From Octopus sinensis (Eukaryota), in assembly GCF_006345805.1 (NCBI RefSeq), contig NC_043007.1, positions 76,756,001 to 76,820,000 of the forward strand: a stretch of 64,000 nucleotides of DNA, written 5' to 3'. The notes beneath the pieces were generated by a model. The model searched no databases and was not told the DNA's origin. It saw only the letters and a list, made by a program, of their open reading frames with translations. The stretch's first letter is position 1. Every line of letters starts with the position of its first letter. A program made the position numbers and the translations under genes. Shown here one piece after another: positions 24,676-39,600 of this stretch.

Positions 24676-27600
24676 TTAGATTTGTATGAACATTATATGT
24701 TTTTGTGCAATTTCATCTTTTTCATGGTGATTTTCTAGCATGGCCACAGCTAACTGGCTGAAGCAAGTAAAAGACTAAAGGGCATGCATGCACACACATG
24801 CATGTACATAAATTTGTTTCAATCATTTTTGACTTTGTCAGAGGTGAAAAAAATCAAAGAAGAATTTAAATGAATTTGAAAGTTGATACCTTTTATCTTT
24901 TACTTATTTCAGTCATGGGATTGTGGGCATGTTGGGGTACTGTCTTGAAGGGTTTTAATTAAACAAGTCTACCCCAGTACTTATATTTGTAATCTGGTAC
25001 TTATTCTCTTTGGCTCTTTTGTTGAGCTGCTAAGTTATGAGGGTGTACACAAGCTAACACCAGGTATCAAGAAGTAGTGGGAGGGTGCACACATGCATAC
25101 GTGCGCGCGCGCGCACACACACACACGCACACACACACGTGTATGCATGTATATATATGCAAAAATGGGCTTCCACACTATGTATCTCAGATTCACTCAC
25201 AAAGCATTAGTTGGTCTGGAGGTATGGTAGAAGGCACTTGCCCAATGTGCTGCACAGTGAGACTGAACCCATAACCACATAGTTGTAAAGCGAGCTTCTT
25301 AACCATGCAGCCATGCATATGTGTATAAATATATTTTTAACTCTGCTTTTGGAAGTATAGAATTCTCTATTTAGTCTTTGAATACCCTTGTTCCCACAAC
25401 CAGCCACATAGTGCGTGTTTTTTTTTTATGGCAGCTTATTGCAAATTATATTACAGCTTATTAGGAATGTGTTGCAGTTGCTCATGAGAGAAATAAAGCA
25501 ATTTGTATTGTTTTTCTGAACAATAGTAATGATTTCTAACATTTGATAGGTCACAGATATGTAGTGCTTGATGTATAATTAGTTTAATCGACTCTGCTAT
25601 ACTATATTATCTGTTACTTTTTAATTGTGACAAATTCTATTTTTTAAAGTTTGATTGCAACTATTTTTTGGTGGGAAATATTATTTTATAATAGTTAAGA
25701 ATATAAATTACATGGTAAACTCTGTTGTATCTGGGGAGAGTCATTTTCTTTTTGTGCCTTATGATTTAACACACTCACTGGTAAAATTTCCACTTATTTC
25801 TTATGTTTATTTTCCTAAAATTTTCATTGTGTCTTACAAACTTTTCAATAGTCTTGACTCTGTCCGTTATTTACACTGCGTGAAAAGGTTGCAAGACGCA
25901 AGGAAAATTTTAGGAAAATAAACATAAGAAATAAGTGGAAATTTTACCAGTGAGTGTGTTAAATCATAAGGCACAAAAAGAAAATGATTCTCCCCAGACA
26001 CAACAGAATATGCTTCAACACATGAACTCATATATAGAATCTTGCAAACCAAATCCAAAAACGGAACATTGTAAACTATATTTTAAGAACTTCAGAATAA
26101 TTTAATAAGTGTATTCCATGCATCTTTTTTTCTTATTCTTTAATTTCAATTTCAAACTTCTAATTCTCCAATCCTTTCTTTGTTAATTTTCTAGATTGAT
26201 GAGTTACAAGATTGCTACATTGTTAACCAACAACTCCGCGAAGGTAATTTAATTTTGATAATTTGGTTTATCTCATTTCTTTATATCCTGTATAACATAA
26301 TATCAAAGTTGGAATGATGTTTTTGGTAAAGGACACTTATTGAAGGTTTTATGTTGTATCACAAGATTTTATTTGGGGTTTATTATTGGAATAGGCAACA
26401 TCTGTTTATCAAGTTTTGGATGCTAGCTTCAAAACAGAAATAATTTGAATCATAATAATTTCATCATTTTATGTTTACTATCCAGACTGGTATGAATTGG
26501 ATGGGTCCTCAGTATCTTAGTCAGCTTTTCATATAAGAACTTACTGTCATTCAAAATAGTTTGGAGGACACATCTTGTTCATACATTTCATTCTTGGCAT
26601 AGTTTCTACAGTTAAATGACTTTCCTAATGCCTACCGGTTTACAGAATGTACTAAGTTTTATTTTAACATGACACAAGCACTAGAGTTGTTGCTTGTTCC
26701 TGACAAGAGTAAAGAGTTCTTTCTGTTGTGTATGGTCTTCATTCAAGACTGAGTGACTATAAGGATGACTAGAATAGAGAGAAGGATGAAGGATAGAGAA
26801 GTGGGGTTGAGAGGGTGATAGAATAAAGATATGTAATGAGTAATAGAGGCAAGAGGTGATAAAGGAGGTAGTAAAGGGAAAGAGAGTTATTTCCTATCAT
26901 GCCGACTATGGAGCAAAGGATGGCTTGGATCTGTCCATATTCAGCCCCCTTACCATCACTCTTCTCTCTCTCTCTCAAATTGTAAATGTTAATGTCCTTT
27001 TAGCTTTCCTTGAAAATTCAGGTATTAGCGTAAATCCATGCAAATAGTTTACTGATTAGGACTGGCTAATCTAGGATCAACTTCGTGAGTTGACAATACT
27101 GAATGTATTAATTCTCAGAAACTTGCCAAAATCAATAAGTGTTTGATAGTTGTGTGACCATTCAAGAAACTCAATCCAAGCACTTGGCTATTACTATCTG
27201 TGTGTGTGGGGGGGGGGAGAGAGAGAGAGAGAGAAAGATAAGCTTCATAAATTTTTTTTTCTCCCAGTGAATTTGTTCAAGTTTTCATAAGTTTAAATTA
27301 ATCTTCAATTCTATTTTCTATATTATTTAACAGGGGCTCGTAACATGGCTCGAGCATATGCAAACACACCTGGCTATAAGAAAGGTTCCTTAACCAGTGT
27401 GAAATATGGTTTTAAAGAATGCTCTCAGGTAAAGTTATTATCCAGTTTGCTATTTTTTCATTGTATTGCCCCATGTTACAATTACCTCAGGTTATGAAAT
27501 ATTGTGCATAGAAAAATTGGAAACAGTGACCACTGATTTCAGGATATGGTCTGTAATTTCACTCTTATAGAAACTCACATGAATTAAAAATTACTCTTTC

Positions 27601-30600
27601 ACCAAAATGCCACTTCACCAAAATGCCTGTATAGTTAAAAATTTGGGAGGTTATAATCATGATACATTCATACACACACACACACATATATATATATATT
27701 GTTTGTGTATGTATACATGCTCCAGCCAATGAATTGAGGTGTTATAGCTAATATCAAGGCATAATATCTAAGAACTTATGAAAGTAAGTGGCAAAGAAGA
27801 TCACCTACAGTCAAAGATTTCAGGAAAAGTTCAGCATAATGGATGCTGTGGATAATATAGCTGAGTTATGAGGTGAAGTGAGACTCTAAAATTTGAATGG
27901 TACTTGAAAAAATGTATTGTCAAACTGTATCCTTGATACAAGTTTTTCATTATTACATCTACATCTAATTTAGAAATATATTGTGACACTTGCAAATAAT
28001 GTAAGGTTTAAAGAAGTTATAGAGTTTGACGTGGTTGAGTTGCTACTGTCCTCCAGAAAATGTTTACCTAATGAAGAGCTGATGCTATTAAAACGAGTGC
28101 AGACTGCAAACAACCCTTACTACAAATGTTATATTAAGATTATAAGAGGAGTTTACAACAAGCCTGGTACTTACACTAAACTGAACAAAGAGATAATGCA
28201 CCATAAACATCTAACAACTTTGGATAAGCTCTCACCCCTTAAACAGATGTTGATGATGATGAACTATAAGATAAATGATAATATCTGTCATCCTCTCAAT
28301 AATTACATACAGTAATCAATATCTTTTGTGCTTAGCACATCCCTTATAATGATACAATTCTAATTTAATCCCTAACTTATTTGTCTTGAAATGTTTTTAT
28401 ATATACATATTGTACTGTGTATATTTAGATATTGTTATTTTTATGCAAAGAAGTGACCATGTTGTTTGTTGTCTTTTGGGGTTTTTTTTAAAAAAAAAAA
28501 AGAAAAATCAGTTGGAACGCATTCTTCCTTCATAACATGAAAATCGATGAGTTAAATTAATTTTGTATTACAGGATTTCATGTCACAGCCAAATTTTCAG
28601 GGATGAATTGCTTCTGCAATGCAAGTTTCTCATTTGATTCCTTTATTTCAATAAAAGACAGTTTTAGATATGTAGAAGAAAGGTAATTTTATGTAATAAT
28701 TGATTAACAGAAAATAACATATAAATAATGCATATCTAAAATACTTTACGCTTAGTTTTTCTTTGTTTCTCTGTGTGTGTGTGTGTCTACATAAAAATTT
28801 ATCTCCTGGCTGAAATAACACTTTTATTTGTTATAGACTATTCAAACATTTCAACAAATATTTTGGCTGTGTTATTTACCTTTATAATTTTTTTCTAATG
28901 TTTTATTCACTTATGTAAATTTTATAAATGATGTTTTGGAAATATCAGAAAGGTAAACACCAGCATTGTTCTAGACTTGTTGTCACCAACTATCAGAATT
29001 ATTGGGATATTATTGATGTCCATTGGGAAATATTTGAAATGAGAGATGTTAAGAGTGGAATTCTTGTTTATTGTTTCGCTACAAAGCTGAACAGCTATAA
29101 AAACATTCCAACCTGTGTTGATTACAATTGTGGTGGAATATTAGAGAAGACTGTACAGAAAAGAAAAGAAGAGTCCAAAGAAATTTAAAATTTTAGCCAT
29201 TATTTAAAATCTCTTATATCTTATAAAACTTAGATATCATTTATTGAAACAAACTATGCAAAGTTTTCAAATCTTAATATATTTCGCTGTTTGCTTTATT
29301 CCTATCATTCATGTAATAGTCCATTTTCTGTGTTCAATTCCTGTTTTTACTTTCATTTTTCATCATACTGTTCATTTCTGCTTGATATTTCCTTTTAGTT
29401 CCTCTTTATCCATCTTTATCTGACAAAGTATATTCTGTCAGAACTGAATGCCTTAGAAAGTGACTGCATGATAGAGGGCAGCGGTTCTGAGTAGGAAGGA
29501 TTCAGCAAAGTGTTTGATGCAGCATCTGGGAAGTGAGACTCATTAAGATTAGTAGGTGGAGGAAAGCTAAGTGGGACAAGTGGGCCTGGAAAGAGTATGA
29601 AGGCAGGTAGTTAAGAAGAGCAGAGGTTATTGTTGTAATTATAGGCAGAAAGAAGAACCAGCTTGTCTGTGAGTTATTATTTGAAGTTTGTTGGGATTGA
29701 ATCTTTGCCAGTTTGTCACATATGCGGTTCCAATCTGAGAAGTTGCTGTTTGTACACCTGTTTCAGAACAGCAAAACTTGATGCTTGCTATGATAGTGAT
29801 CATCATCACTTAATGTCCATGTTTCATGCTGGCATGGATTGGATGATTTGACATGGAATGCATCATGCTCCAATGTTTATTTTGGCCTTGTTTTCTGTAG
29901 CTAAATGCCTTTCTAAATACCAAACACATTACAACAATGTGTACTAGGTGTTTTTTTTTTTTTTTTTGTGTGGCATCAGCCCTAGTGCGGTTACCATGTG
30001 GTTTGCAAGACTATGAACCCTGAGAGGTGATGGTTAAAGTATGAGAAAAAGAGCAGAGCAGAAAAGGTCTCTTGCTATTGAAGAGTTACATGGCTATTTG
30101 CATTTCAGAAGAGTAGATGGGGATGATTGTGGTGGATCTGGAAGAGGTAAAAACAGTAATGTCGGAGTGAACCTTCAAGGTCTAGAACTGAGTGGAGACA
30201 GAAGGTGCAGAAGTTTGGGTGGGTAGAGATTGAAAGAGTGAGAGATGGGGGAATGAGTGAAGGGCGAATATAATGGATGTGATGAAGGATAATAAGTTGG
30301 GCAAGTAGGGAGGCTTAGGTGATAACTGTAGAAATTGGATTGAGGGGTAAAATTGTGGCTAAGGTGTGTGTGTGTGTGGGGTGCATGGGTGAAGAGCAGT
30401 AGAATTGTAATAATGTTATAGTACAGGGGGAAGATAGGAAAGAGAAAGAGAGAGATAACATGTGGTTTGGTGGGTTACAAGTGGGGTAGGACAGGTGTGG
30501 TGCATGGGAGAGTGTGAGATATGGTGATAGAGAAGGAGAAATAATTTGGTGGCTTGATGGGGGCGGAAGGTTGCCTTGTCTGGTACATGAAGCATATGAT

Positions 30601-33600
30601 CTATGGGGGATAGAGAAAGTCACAAAAGTGTGAGGTTGAGGCTTTTTACTTATCAGGAAAGAAAAATAAAAGATTTTTGGCATAGGCTGTGGGGGTGGGA
30701 TTAGATGAACTCCTTGTGAGCTAGCAAGCCTCAAAATTCCATGAGAGAAGCAAGTGAGCCCCACACTTGCATGAAAGAAAGATTATTAAAGAGAACAAGA
30801 ACATATTGGTGAGAACATGAGTATATTAAAGAGGAAGCAAAAAAAGAGCAGCTTTAGCACATTCGAATTTAAAGTAGTGAATAGTTGTAGTAAAATCAAA
30901 GATAGGAAAGCAGAAATTTGTTGCTTATCTTGGTGACCTTTAGGCGCTTTGTTTTGTTGCCAAACAAAAAAAAAACAAAAATAGAAATATTAATACTTTA
31001 AGAGTTATAGCTTTAGTTGGAGAAATATAAGCTACAGGCTCCAAATATTTGTGTGTTATAAGCTGATATTAGTTATGCCTTTAAAAAAATGCTGAAATCA
31101 TGATATGATAAACATCATGAAAGTAGTTGAAACTTTCAAGAGTATCAGTTTGATAGCCATTGACTAGGTTTGTGCTTTGCTGTGGCATTTTGAGAATCAT
31201 TACTCTCGTTTTATTACCCCTGCCTTAGTGAAGGCGGAGGTATTGTTTTCGGTTGTGTTTGTTTGTTTGTATGTGGACAAGATATCTCAAGAACTGCTGG
31301 ATGAATTGGGATGAAACCTTCAGGGATATTTGGCCTTGTGACTAGCATGGGCTAATAAAATTTTGGGATCGATCTGGTACTGGAGAAGGATTCTGGATTA
31401 TTTTTCCTGCCTATTATCTTAATTTTTAAGAGCGGTCGGGTTCATTTTTAGTATTCTCATTTGTGAGAGCAGTTGAGTTTATTTCAGACGTTCTCATTTC
31501 AAAAATCATATCTGGCTAATCATTGAGAGGATGTTGGTGTTGCCTTGGCAGAGGTTTGTGCTCTCTGAGTGCTCCTTATAGTTCATTTATAGACTTAATT
31601 AGCATAGTGTAGTCTTCAACTGGAGAAAATGTTATGTGGCTTGTATATGAAGCTGGTAAGTGGTGTTATATTGAGCATATCAAGGAAGCAGTGCTTATCA
31701 AGAGTGTTGTCTTGTGTCTGAATGAGAAAAATAATGTTTTAATTTTGTTTACCTGTTTAACCATTCTTAAATAAATTTATATACTTTTATCTCTTTCCAG
31801 ACAATGTGTGCTATTGAAGCTCAGTTAGAAAGTATGATGGGGACTTTTCATTGTAAATTAAAAGGTATGTTGAAGGATGTTTTAAAGAATTGTTTTTATC
31901 AAAAGCATTTTGCTTGTGAAAAATTGCAAAAGGTGTAAAAAAATGCACTTTTTATTATATGACAGGATACTAAAAAAAAAAAATCTCTACAGAAGGAAGA
32001 AGTGATGCAACACATTGTAAAACACCTGAAACATTTAGCAGTACCCCAGTATGAACACAGCCAACTTGACAGAACTATTGTTCTGTCTTTGACTTTTATA
32101 TGAAAGACATGAGAATGTGAATTGTAAACATGCATCTAATAAAAGAGAATGAATTCATTATTATTTATGTTTTTATGTATAGTGTGTCATTTAACTATCT
32201 AGTTTTAGGTATTTATCAACTTGCTGTAATTATGGGAAATTGAACTTGAACTGTTGTTTATAATTGTAGATAATTACTGTTAATTCTAAAATGAAGGTTC
32301 AAGTAAAATTGAGGAAAATAAGCAGGCGATATACTAGGAAAACTGGTTGATGTTGCTAGCTTCATACCTGGTTTGATAAAGTAAACATATACTCAAAGGT
32401 GTTCAAGCTGAGACTATCCTGTCCTTTTATGATCAAAATTATATATCTGGGATTACATGATCTCAAGTGACCTTTTTTTTTTTATGATGATGGTAGAGTG
32501 TGATTTAATGATATAGCTACTATTTTAACTAGATCAAGCAAGTGTAGAGGTTCATTTGTTGGCTTGAATTCGATGATTAGCTACAGGTTACTTCTGAAGA
32601 AGTAACCCTGTGATCAGTGTCATTCTAGTTGTCACCTTCTTGTCTATTTTTCAGACTGTATCAATGATGACATTATCTAATATATTCTGTTATTTCTAAT
32701 ACATACTGCTATGTATTAAAATTATTGTTAAATATAGGAAAACAGATTTTAAATCCTCCACCCCATGTAGTGAAAATCCTGATTTATTTTAAGTTTATAA
32801 ATTATTATATATGGTCCTTTAAATTTATGAAGACCAGTGAATAAAAGATTTCAGCATGGCTTTGTTGATTTTATACTTGTTAATTTTATGTCATCAAAAA
32901 ATAGCTGAGTAATTCTTGTTGGTTAAAAGTAAAGTGTGAAAACAATGTAGTGGTGAAATATCTGAATGAATAAAGTATTGAGCTAACAGTTTATAAAATG
33001 ATAGACAAAATTATATCTACAGTTGGCAATTATTGCTTGTAGGCAAAAATACTTTGTCTTCCATCTCTCAGCTAATCAGAAATAGAAAATATATTGTAGA
33101 GGAAAGATACCTGCCTTAAACAGTGTGGCAGAGTATCTCTCCCATCTTCCTAATACAAGAAAATCCTGGCTTTAACTCCTGTAGCATTTAGAAAGATTTC
33201 AACAAAGATTTGAATAGAAACCTATAGGAGAGAGAGATTGCGTGCACGTGTGTGTGTGCTTCATATCTTGGTTTCTGAGTTTTGGATCAATAGTCTTAGA
33301 GTTTTGTCAAATCTCAAGTGGAATTCATTAAGATGCATCAAGATATGACTTTATATTATTTTCTTTCACTTTCTCCAAATAAATGCCATAATGCTATTTT
33401 TAATGAACCTTCTCCCTCTCCTACCTCTCATACATGTTTGTTGACTTTAATGTGACTATTTAATCAATATTTTCTGTTGTTTTTTTTCATATTTTTAAAA
33501 TTAATTTATTATTCATGACATTTTCTTGAACTCTGTTAAATGTGCCTGAGGTAAACTTCTTGTCAGACCATCTGCATCTCATTGTATTTTAGTCTCCATC

Positions 33601-36600
33601 TTAAATTGAATTCATTTTCATATTTACTTTTAAGCAATTTTTGGAATTATGTGTGCGTGTTGATGTTATTACTTTTGCCTTTATCTAAAATCTATTTATC
33701 AAAGGAAATGATTCTAAGAATTTATAGATGTCATTGGAGGCACCAATTTGAAAGTCTTGTCAGTTGGATTTTAATGCTATACTTGTTGACTGATTTCAAC
33801 AAAAGAATTAACAAAAGCAAATAGTTACCTTGAATGGAATAAAATTACTATTTCTAGGCTATGTGACGAGATAGGACTTGTAAACAGATATAAAATGAGA
33901 TACTGTATTAAAGACCTATCCAACCTTACTAACATAGAAAAATGAACACTAAAGTGATGATGTAGGGGATTTGGAGGCATTTGATCTTATGGTCAAACTT
34001 GATAGTCAAACTTACCTCAGCATGCTTGCAGCCTAGTGACTGAAACAAATAAAAGATAAAGATACTGCTACTAACAATTGTCATATCTGGTCTCCCCTTC
34101 TCTTTGTATTTGTCTTGTATGTATTTTATCAACCCTGGAAGGATGAAAAGCAAAGTTAATCTAGTTTTCTCATTCTCTCTCATAATTGTAATTCACTATC
34201 TAAAGAGAAATATTTGTAATCATTGTTTAAAGTTGGTTTGTTCTTCCTTGTTCTTATCCCATTAATAAATTTGAGAATAAAACCTCACACATACCCATTT
34301 ACCCCTCACATATGTTGCTGACAAAATTACAGCTGTCATCACACCCTACAGTGTGATACAATACAATACATCACACCCTAACACCCCAAATAACTGTGCT
34401 TGCTAACTGACAGCACTAACAATATTTGGTATATTTGTTGTTTGAACAGTAGCAACAGTTTAGCCAAGCTTTCTGATCATTGTAATTATTTTACTTTTTT
34501 AGTGTTACTTATAATTGATTTGTGTGAAGATATATATACAACTTCTGATTATGTTTGTGTGTGTGTGTTTTAAATTATTGAAGCTTTAGCAATGTTTGTT
34601 TCTTATGCTAAAAAGCACTTTGGGACAAACCCATAGATTTTAGCCATCACTGCATGTGTAAACTAATGCATTACACAGTTGCAAATAACTATCAAGTTTC
34701 ACTGTAGACAGAAAAAGTGAAATTGGCTGGACTTTGCTCCTGGCTTTAAATATAATTTCACATTGGTCAGCTAAAAGAAGGATCAGTGACCTTCAGTTGT
34801 CTGAGTATGGGTGCACAGATCAATTGAATTAATCAAGATTGGTGAATGATTAACAATGATTTACTTGTGTGCAGTCTCTCTTAGTTTCACTAAGCATTTT
34901 TCATTTTGAACATGTTGATATTTTATTTTTATCTTTATATTTTTTCTTTTTTTTTAATGCATGTTAAAATAGTAGACTTCCTTATAACCTGCTATAATAG
35001 GTAAAAAAAATATTGAAGTATTCCAGCTACGACCACCAAGTCAGAATATTATTTAATAGCATTTTAGAATTGGCAAAGATTGGTCCCATGGAATTGGTGC
35101 TGTATCCCACATGTTTGACTTCAATAAATTGTGCACTACCCAGCATGCCCTGGCCTTCACACAATATATTATGACACCACACAACCCGACTGTTTCACTA
35201 TATCCACTCCCCTTTACCCTCTCTGCCACTCTATACCCCATACAATATACTCTGAAGGATATGAAGACACAATCCATATCAAAAAATTTAAAGAGCTCTT
35301 CTCGTTGAGTTTGTAATTACAGACCTATCACTCCACCAAACAAAACATCCACATTGACAAATAAAAATAAAAATTACTAAGATTCTATCAGAGCATAAAC
35401 CATTCTTTTCTTCCTCCCTTCCTTGTCTTTATTTCATTTATATTCACCTTCAGAAAATGAAAGTATTACATTTTGGCCTTCCATATAGAAGGTTGATGTC
35501 ATTAATATCACACAACCTGTATTTGTCAGTTGTGATGGAAAAGCACAACTGGAAAGATTTTTGCAGCCTACACAAGTGAAATTCAAAGGTCATTTTCAAA
35601 ATTACTCTTTGTTTTGGTAAAAGCATTTGAGAATTTTTCAATGCAATTATGACTCTGACTAAATTCCCTCCTTTCCTCTCTTCATTATTGTAAAGAAAAG
35701 TCAGCGTGAATTATAGATGATATATTTTTTTCTGAGATTACATTGAGTGTAATTGATGATGCATAATCTACATGGATCCTACACAAATAGTGTGTGTGTG
35801 TGTGTTTGCATGTGTGTGTGTGATGGCAGTGAACTGGCAGAATTATTACTATTGGTTGGAGTACCATGTGTAATTTATTTTGTCTCTTTGTTTTATGTTC
35901 TAAGTTCAAATCTTGTAGAGGCCTAATTTGCCATCTATCCTTAGATGAAGTATCACTCATGTGACGGGATGTAAACTTCTTTTCTAGCTGTCACAGCTTG
36001 GACATTTTTGGGGGGTCAAAAATGGGAAGGTTGAGTAGGTCCTGTGTGTACACTCTTATAAATAAGTATAGGGTTTACTGAAAATCTCTTGTAAAAGAAT
36101 TCTTCTAATATGTATATATACATAACCTTTCAGAAAGGTATCTCACTGGTGCATTACTCAACTATATCTCACACTAGCAGTATCGCCCAGCATTGCTCGG
36201 GTTTGTTTCGACCCGCTGGAATTGGAATTTTTGAAAAGTAAAAATTTTGCATTATGTAGCTTGTTATTGTGTTCAAGTGAACATTTTTCTGGTTGAAATA
36301 CACCGAAAAGTGACGACACAGAAGTGAAAAAATCGTAAAAAATAGGGATTTTCATAGAAAAAAAGCAGCTTTTTGATGTAAATAATTTTTGGTGTTAACA
36401 TGGTCCGATTTGAATTTTATCTTGTACGGAAGGAAGAGCAACCCTTCTTCTATCATACTCTCAATTTTGGTCGACTTGCGCCACAGGGTCTCGGAGGAGA
36501 TAGTGTTAGTTGAAGGCTACCAAACCTGCCGCACACAGACAACTTCAGCTTTATATAGAGAGAGATAACACACACACATTAATACACATACATACACACA

Positions 36601-39600
36601 CACACACATGTATGTATGTATATATGTACATCTGTCCACTTCTTGCCATATTTTTATCCTTCATTTCCTACACACACACACTCACACACACACTCACACA
36701 GACACGCACACATACACGCATGCACACATACACACACACAAACACGCATGCACACATACACACACCTTCTTAGCTTACAATTTCTTTCTTTCAACAATTG
36801 ACAACTGAAGTACGCTCGCCAATTAATACTACCAAAATTTAGCGACAGAAAGTAAATTAAAAACCAATTTACCTTTTCTGTTGAGTTATGGCAATTCGAC
36901 CGTCGGTGTGTGTTTGCAAATGTGTTCGAATGAGAAAGTGAATTGTGTTTGGCGCCTTTTTTACTAATAACAAACACACACGTGGCGCTCCGTTTGTGTG
37001 TGTGCGTGCTTTAGGTGTACGTAGGTATGTGTTTTTGTGTGTGTGTCACTGAAGCCATACATACATAACCTCTCTCTCTTCTTTTCTCTCTCAGTCACTC
37101 ACTACAAAAAGTGAATAAAAAAAGTTCAGTTATCTCTGTCTTTCACACATACACACACAGCACAACATTACTCTCTTTGTCTCTTTACACACACTAACAA
37201 AAGCACTTCACTTACACACTACACTTTCTGTGTCACACACCCCATCAAACACACACACTCACGCATGCACACATGTACATCAATGCTTCCAATGCACACC
37301 AACTTCAAAAGAACTTCCCGAAAAAAAATGCACGTGTATCTGTTTCCCTGCTTGCAAAGAGAAAGTAGGAGAAAGTGTGGTAATAGACGGAGGAAAGCAT
37401 TTGAAATGAGAGAGGCAATGTATATGTTTGAGTGTCTATGTGTGTGTACACTTGCAAAGAGAAAGTAGCAGAAAGTGTGGTAATAGAAAGAGTGAAGCAT
37501 TTGAAATGAGAGAGGCAAATCATAAAATATTGAGTTTGATCTAATTTTTGCTTAATTGGGGGTCAAATTGAAAAAAATTTATATGCCATGACCCAATCGA
37601 ATCTACTTCAAAAAATCATAGGTAAATTCCAATTGAAGAAAATGTATATTGTACAATTGTATTAAAAACAAACATGGTAACAGGCAGAGAAAATCTGCCT
37701 TTTATCATAAGAGATTTAAAGATCAATAATACTAAGAATTACATAATTAATGGGTCTGTTATAGAACACATTACCCTACATTATTGGTTCCAGAAGTTGT
37801 GATCTCTGGTTGTTGGAGAAATTGAACATTCTCTCACCTACAGCCTTTTGCAATTTGGAACAAAAGATTAGAATTGATGAATTTTTGCAGGTCTTTTTGT
37901 TGCTATACAAGAAACTTCCAACTATCAGCTGACTAAAATAGTATATTTTCAACACAATGCATTTGTCACATCCTGAAAGGTGGTCATATAAATCATCAAG
38001 TTCATTATCACTTAACTTCTGTTTTCAATGCTGGCATGGGCTGGATGATTAAACAGGAGCTGGAAGGCTGCACCAGGCCCCAGACATTTGCTTTGACATA
38101 GTTTCTATGGCTGGATGTCCTTCTTAATGACAACCACTTCACAGAGTGTATGGGGTGATTTTTATGTGGCACCATTAAATTATTTAATTTATTCATTAAA
38201 AATAGCTACTCTCTAGCCTATATATGTATTTTTTACATGTAATATTGAGAACATAAAAGCATGAAATATATATTTGCACATGTATTAGATGAATGTGATG
38301 CATTTTCTTACATCTTATTTTCAGCAACCAATTAAATATGTATGTGCTGTTGACTATTTTGATGTGTTTAAAAGTACTTTTGCTTACATATTGTCACACA
38401 GCTTGAAACTCATTTACAAATGAATGAAACTTTAGTTTCTGATGAAGTATACACATCTAGTGATGTTTTGAGTACTTCTTTCCTCTGCGTCCTTGTTTGT
38501 AAAGAAAAATAATAGCCAATCCATATATATAGCTGAGATTTTTCTTGAGAACACACTCTTCGTGGTAATGGTGATTTGACATCTATGTTTAGCATATTAG
38601 GTGTCCACTTTAGTGGTCATTCCTTTTAATTTTGTGTATATATATACACATACAGTCATAGTTTAAGTTAAGCATGGAAAGAAAGACAACAGCCATGACC
38701 TTCTTCAGAGACCATGCATAATATGTTATTGCGAGTTTATCAATGGTTATGTCCTCTGTGAGTGGTGATGACTATGCCACCTCTGTCCCTGGCTCATTTG
38801 AGTGAGGTCATTACTGTCGTCAATGCAATGTTTTATGTTTTCACCTGGCATTCTGACAACTGATTGATGTTGTGTCGTCACTCTCTCTCTCTCCCTCTCC
38901 CATGTCACTACTGCTTTATGTTGTGAATTTAAATTGCTACAATGTCATTGCTGTTTGGTTTGTGTGCATGTGCACTTGTATGTGTGATATGGTAGATTGT
39001 CGGTACTGTTTAGTGTGTCTGCATATGTGTTTGTGTATGTTTTGTTAGCGATATGTTCTGATGAAACTATCCCTTACTATTCTGTATTTTAATGCTACAT
39101 TTAATTCTATGCCGATAAAAAAAAAAAAAAAAAAATAATAACTAACAAACTAAAGCAGCCAATGATAGTGTATTAAAGAAGTATTGATAATGTTGAGCTT
39201 TGAATTAGTAAAAGTGTAATTAATATCTTGGGTGTAAATTGAGTAAAAAAACTGGTGGACATTCTACTTTTTTTCTGCTTCCGTGCCTGTATCATGCATA
39301 TGATGTTGTATGGTAGTAAAACACAAGTAGTTCAAATCAATGGTACTACAGTGACTGAAAATAAACAAATTAATTTTACTTTATTTGATGTGTAATGTGA
39401 ACCTTGGAAATAATTGAATATTGCTAAGGAGGAGATATGTGACTAGATATGCAAAGTAGTTTCTAAGTGCTAGAGAGATAATGATGTTTGTGTACGGTTT
39501 TATTTCTATTCTTTCATGTTTTCTTGCAAAGGCTAGAATGTTTTTCTTTTCTTTGAACTATCGATTTTGTTGTAACAGCTGGATGCTCATCCTCCTGTTA

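Noticed and set aside
30240-30800. Purine-rich block and its 149-aa P/S/L-rich minus-strand ORF (similar blocks at 18400, 26770 and 53090)
   Set aside because: Low-complexity composition; possibly old retroelement debris, but no motif was strong enough to assign.
36510-36977. Cluster of HT/CV-repeat ORFs (also 1781-1990, 43113-43525, 48906-49201)
   Set aside because: These are translations of (CA)n/(TA)n microsatellites.
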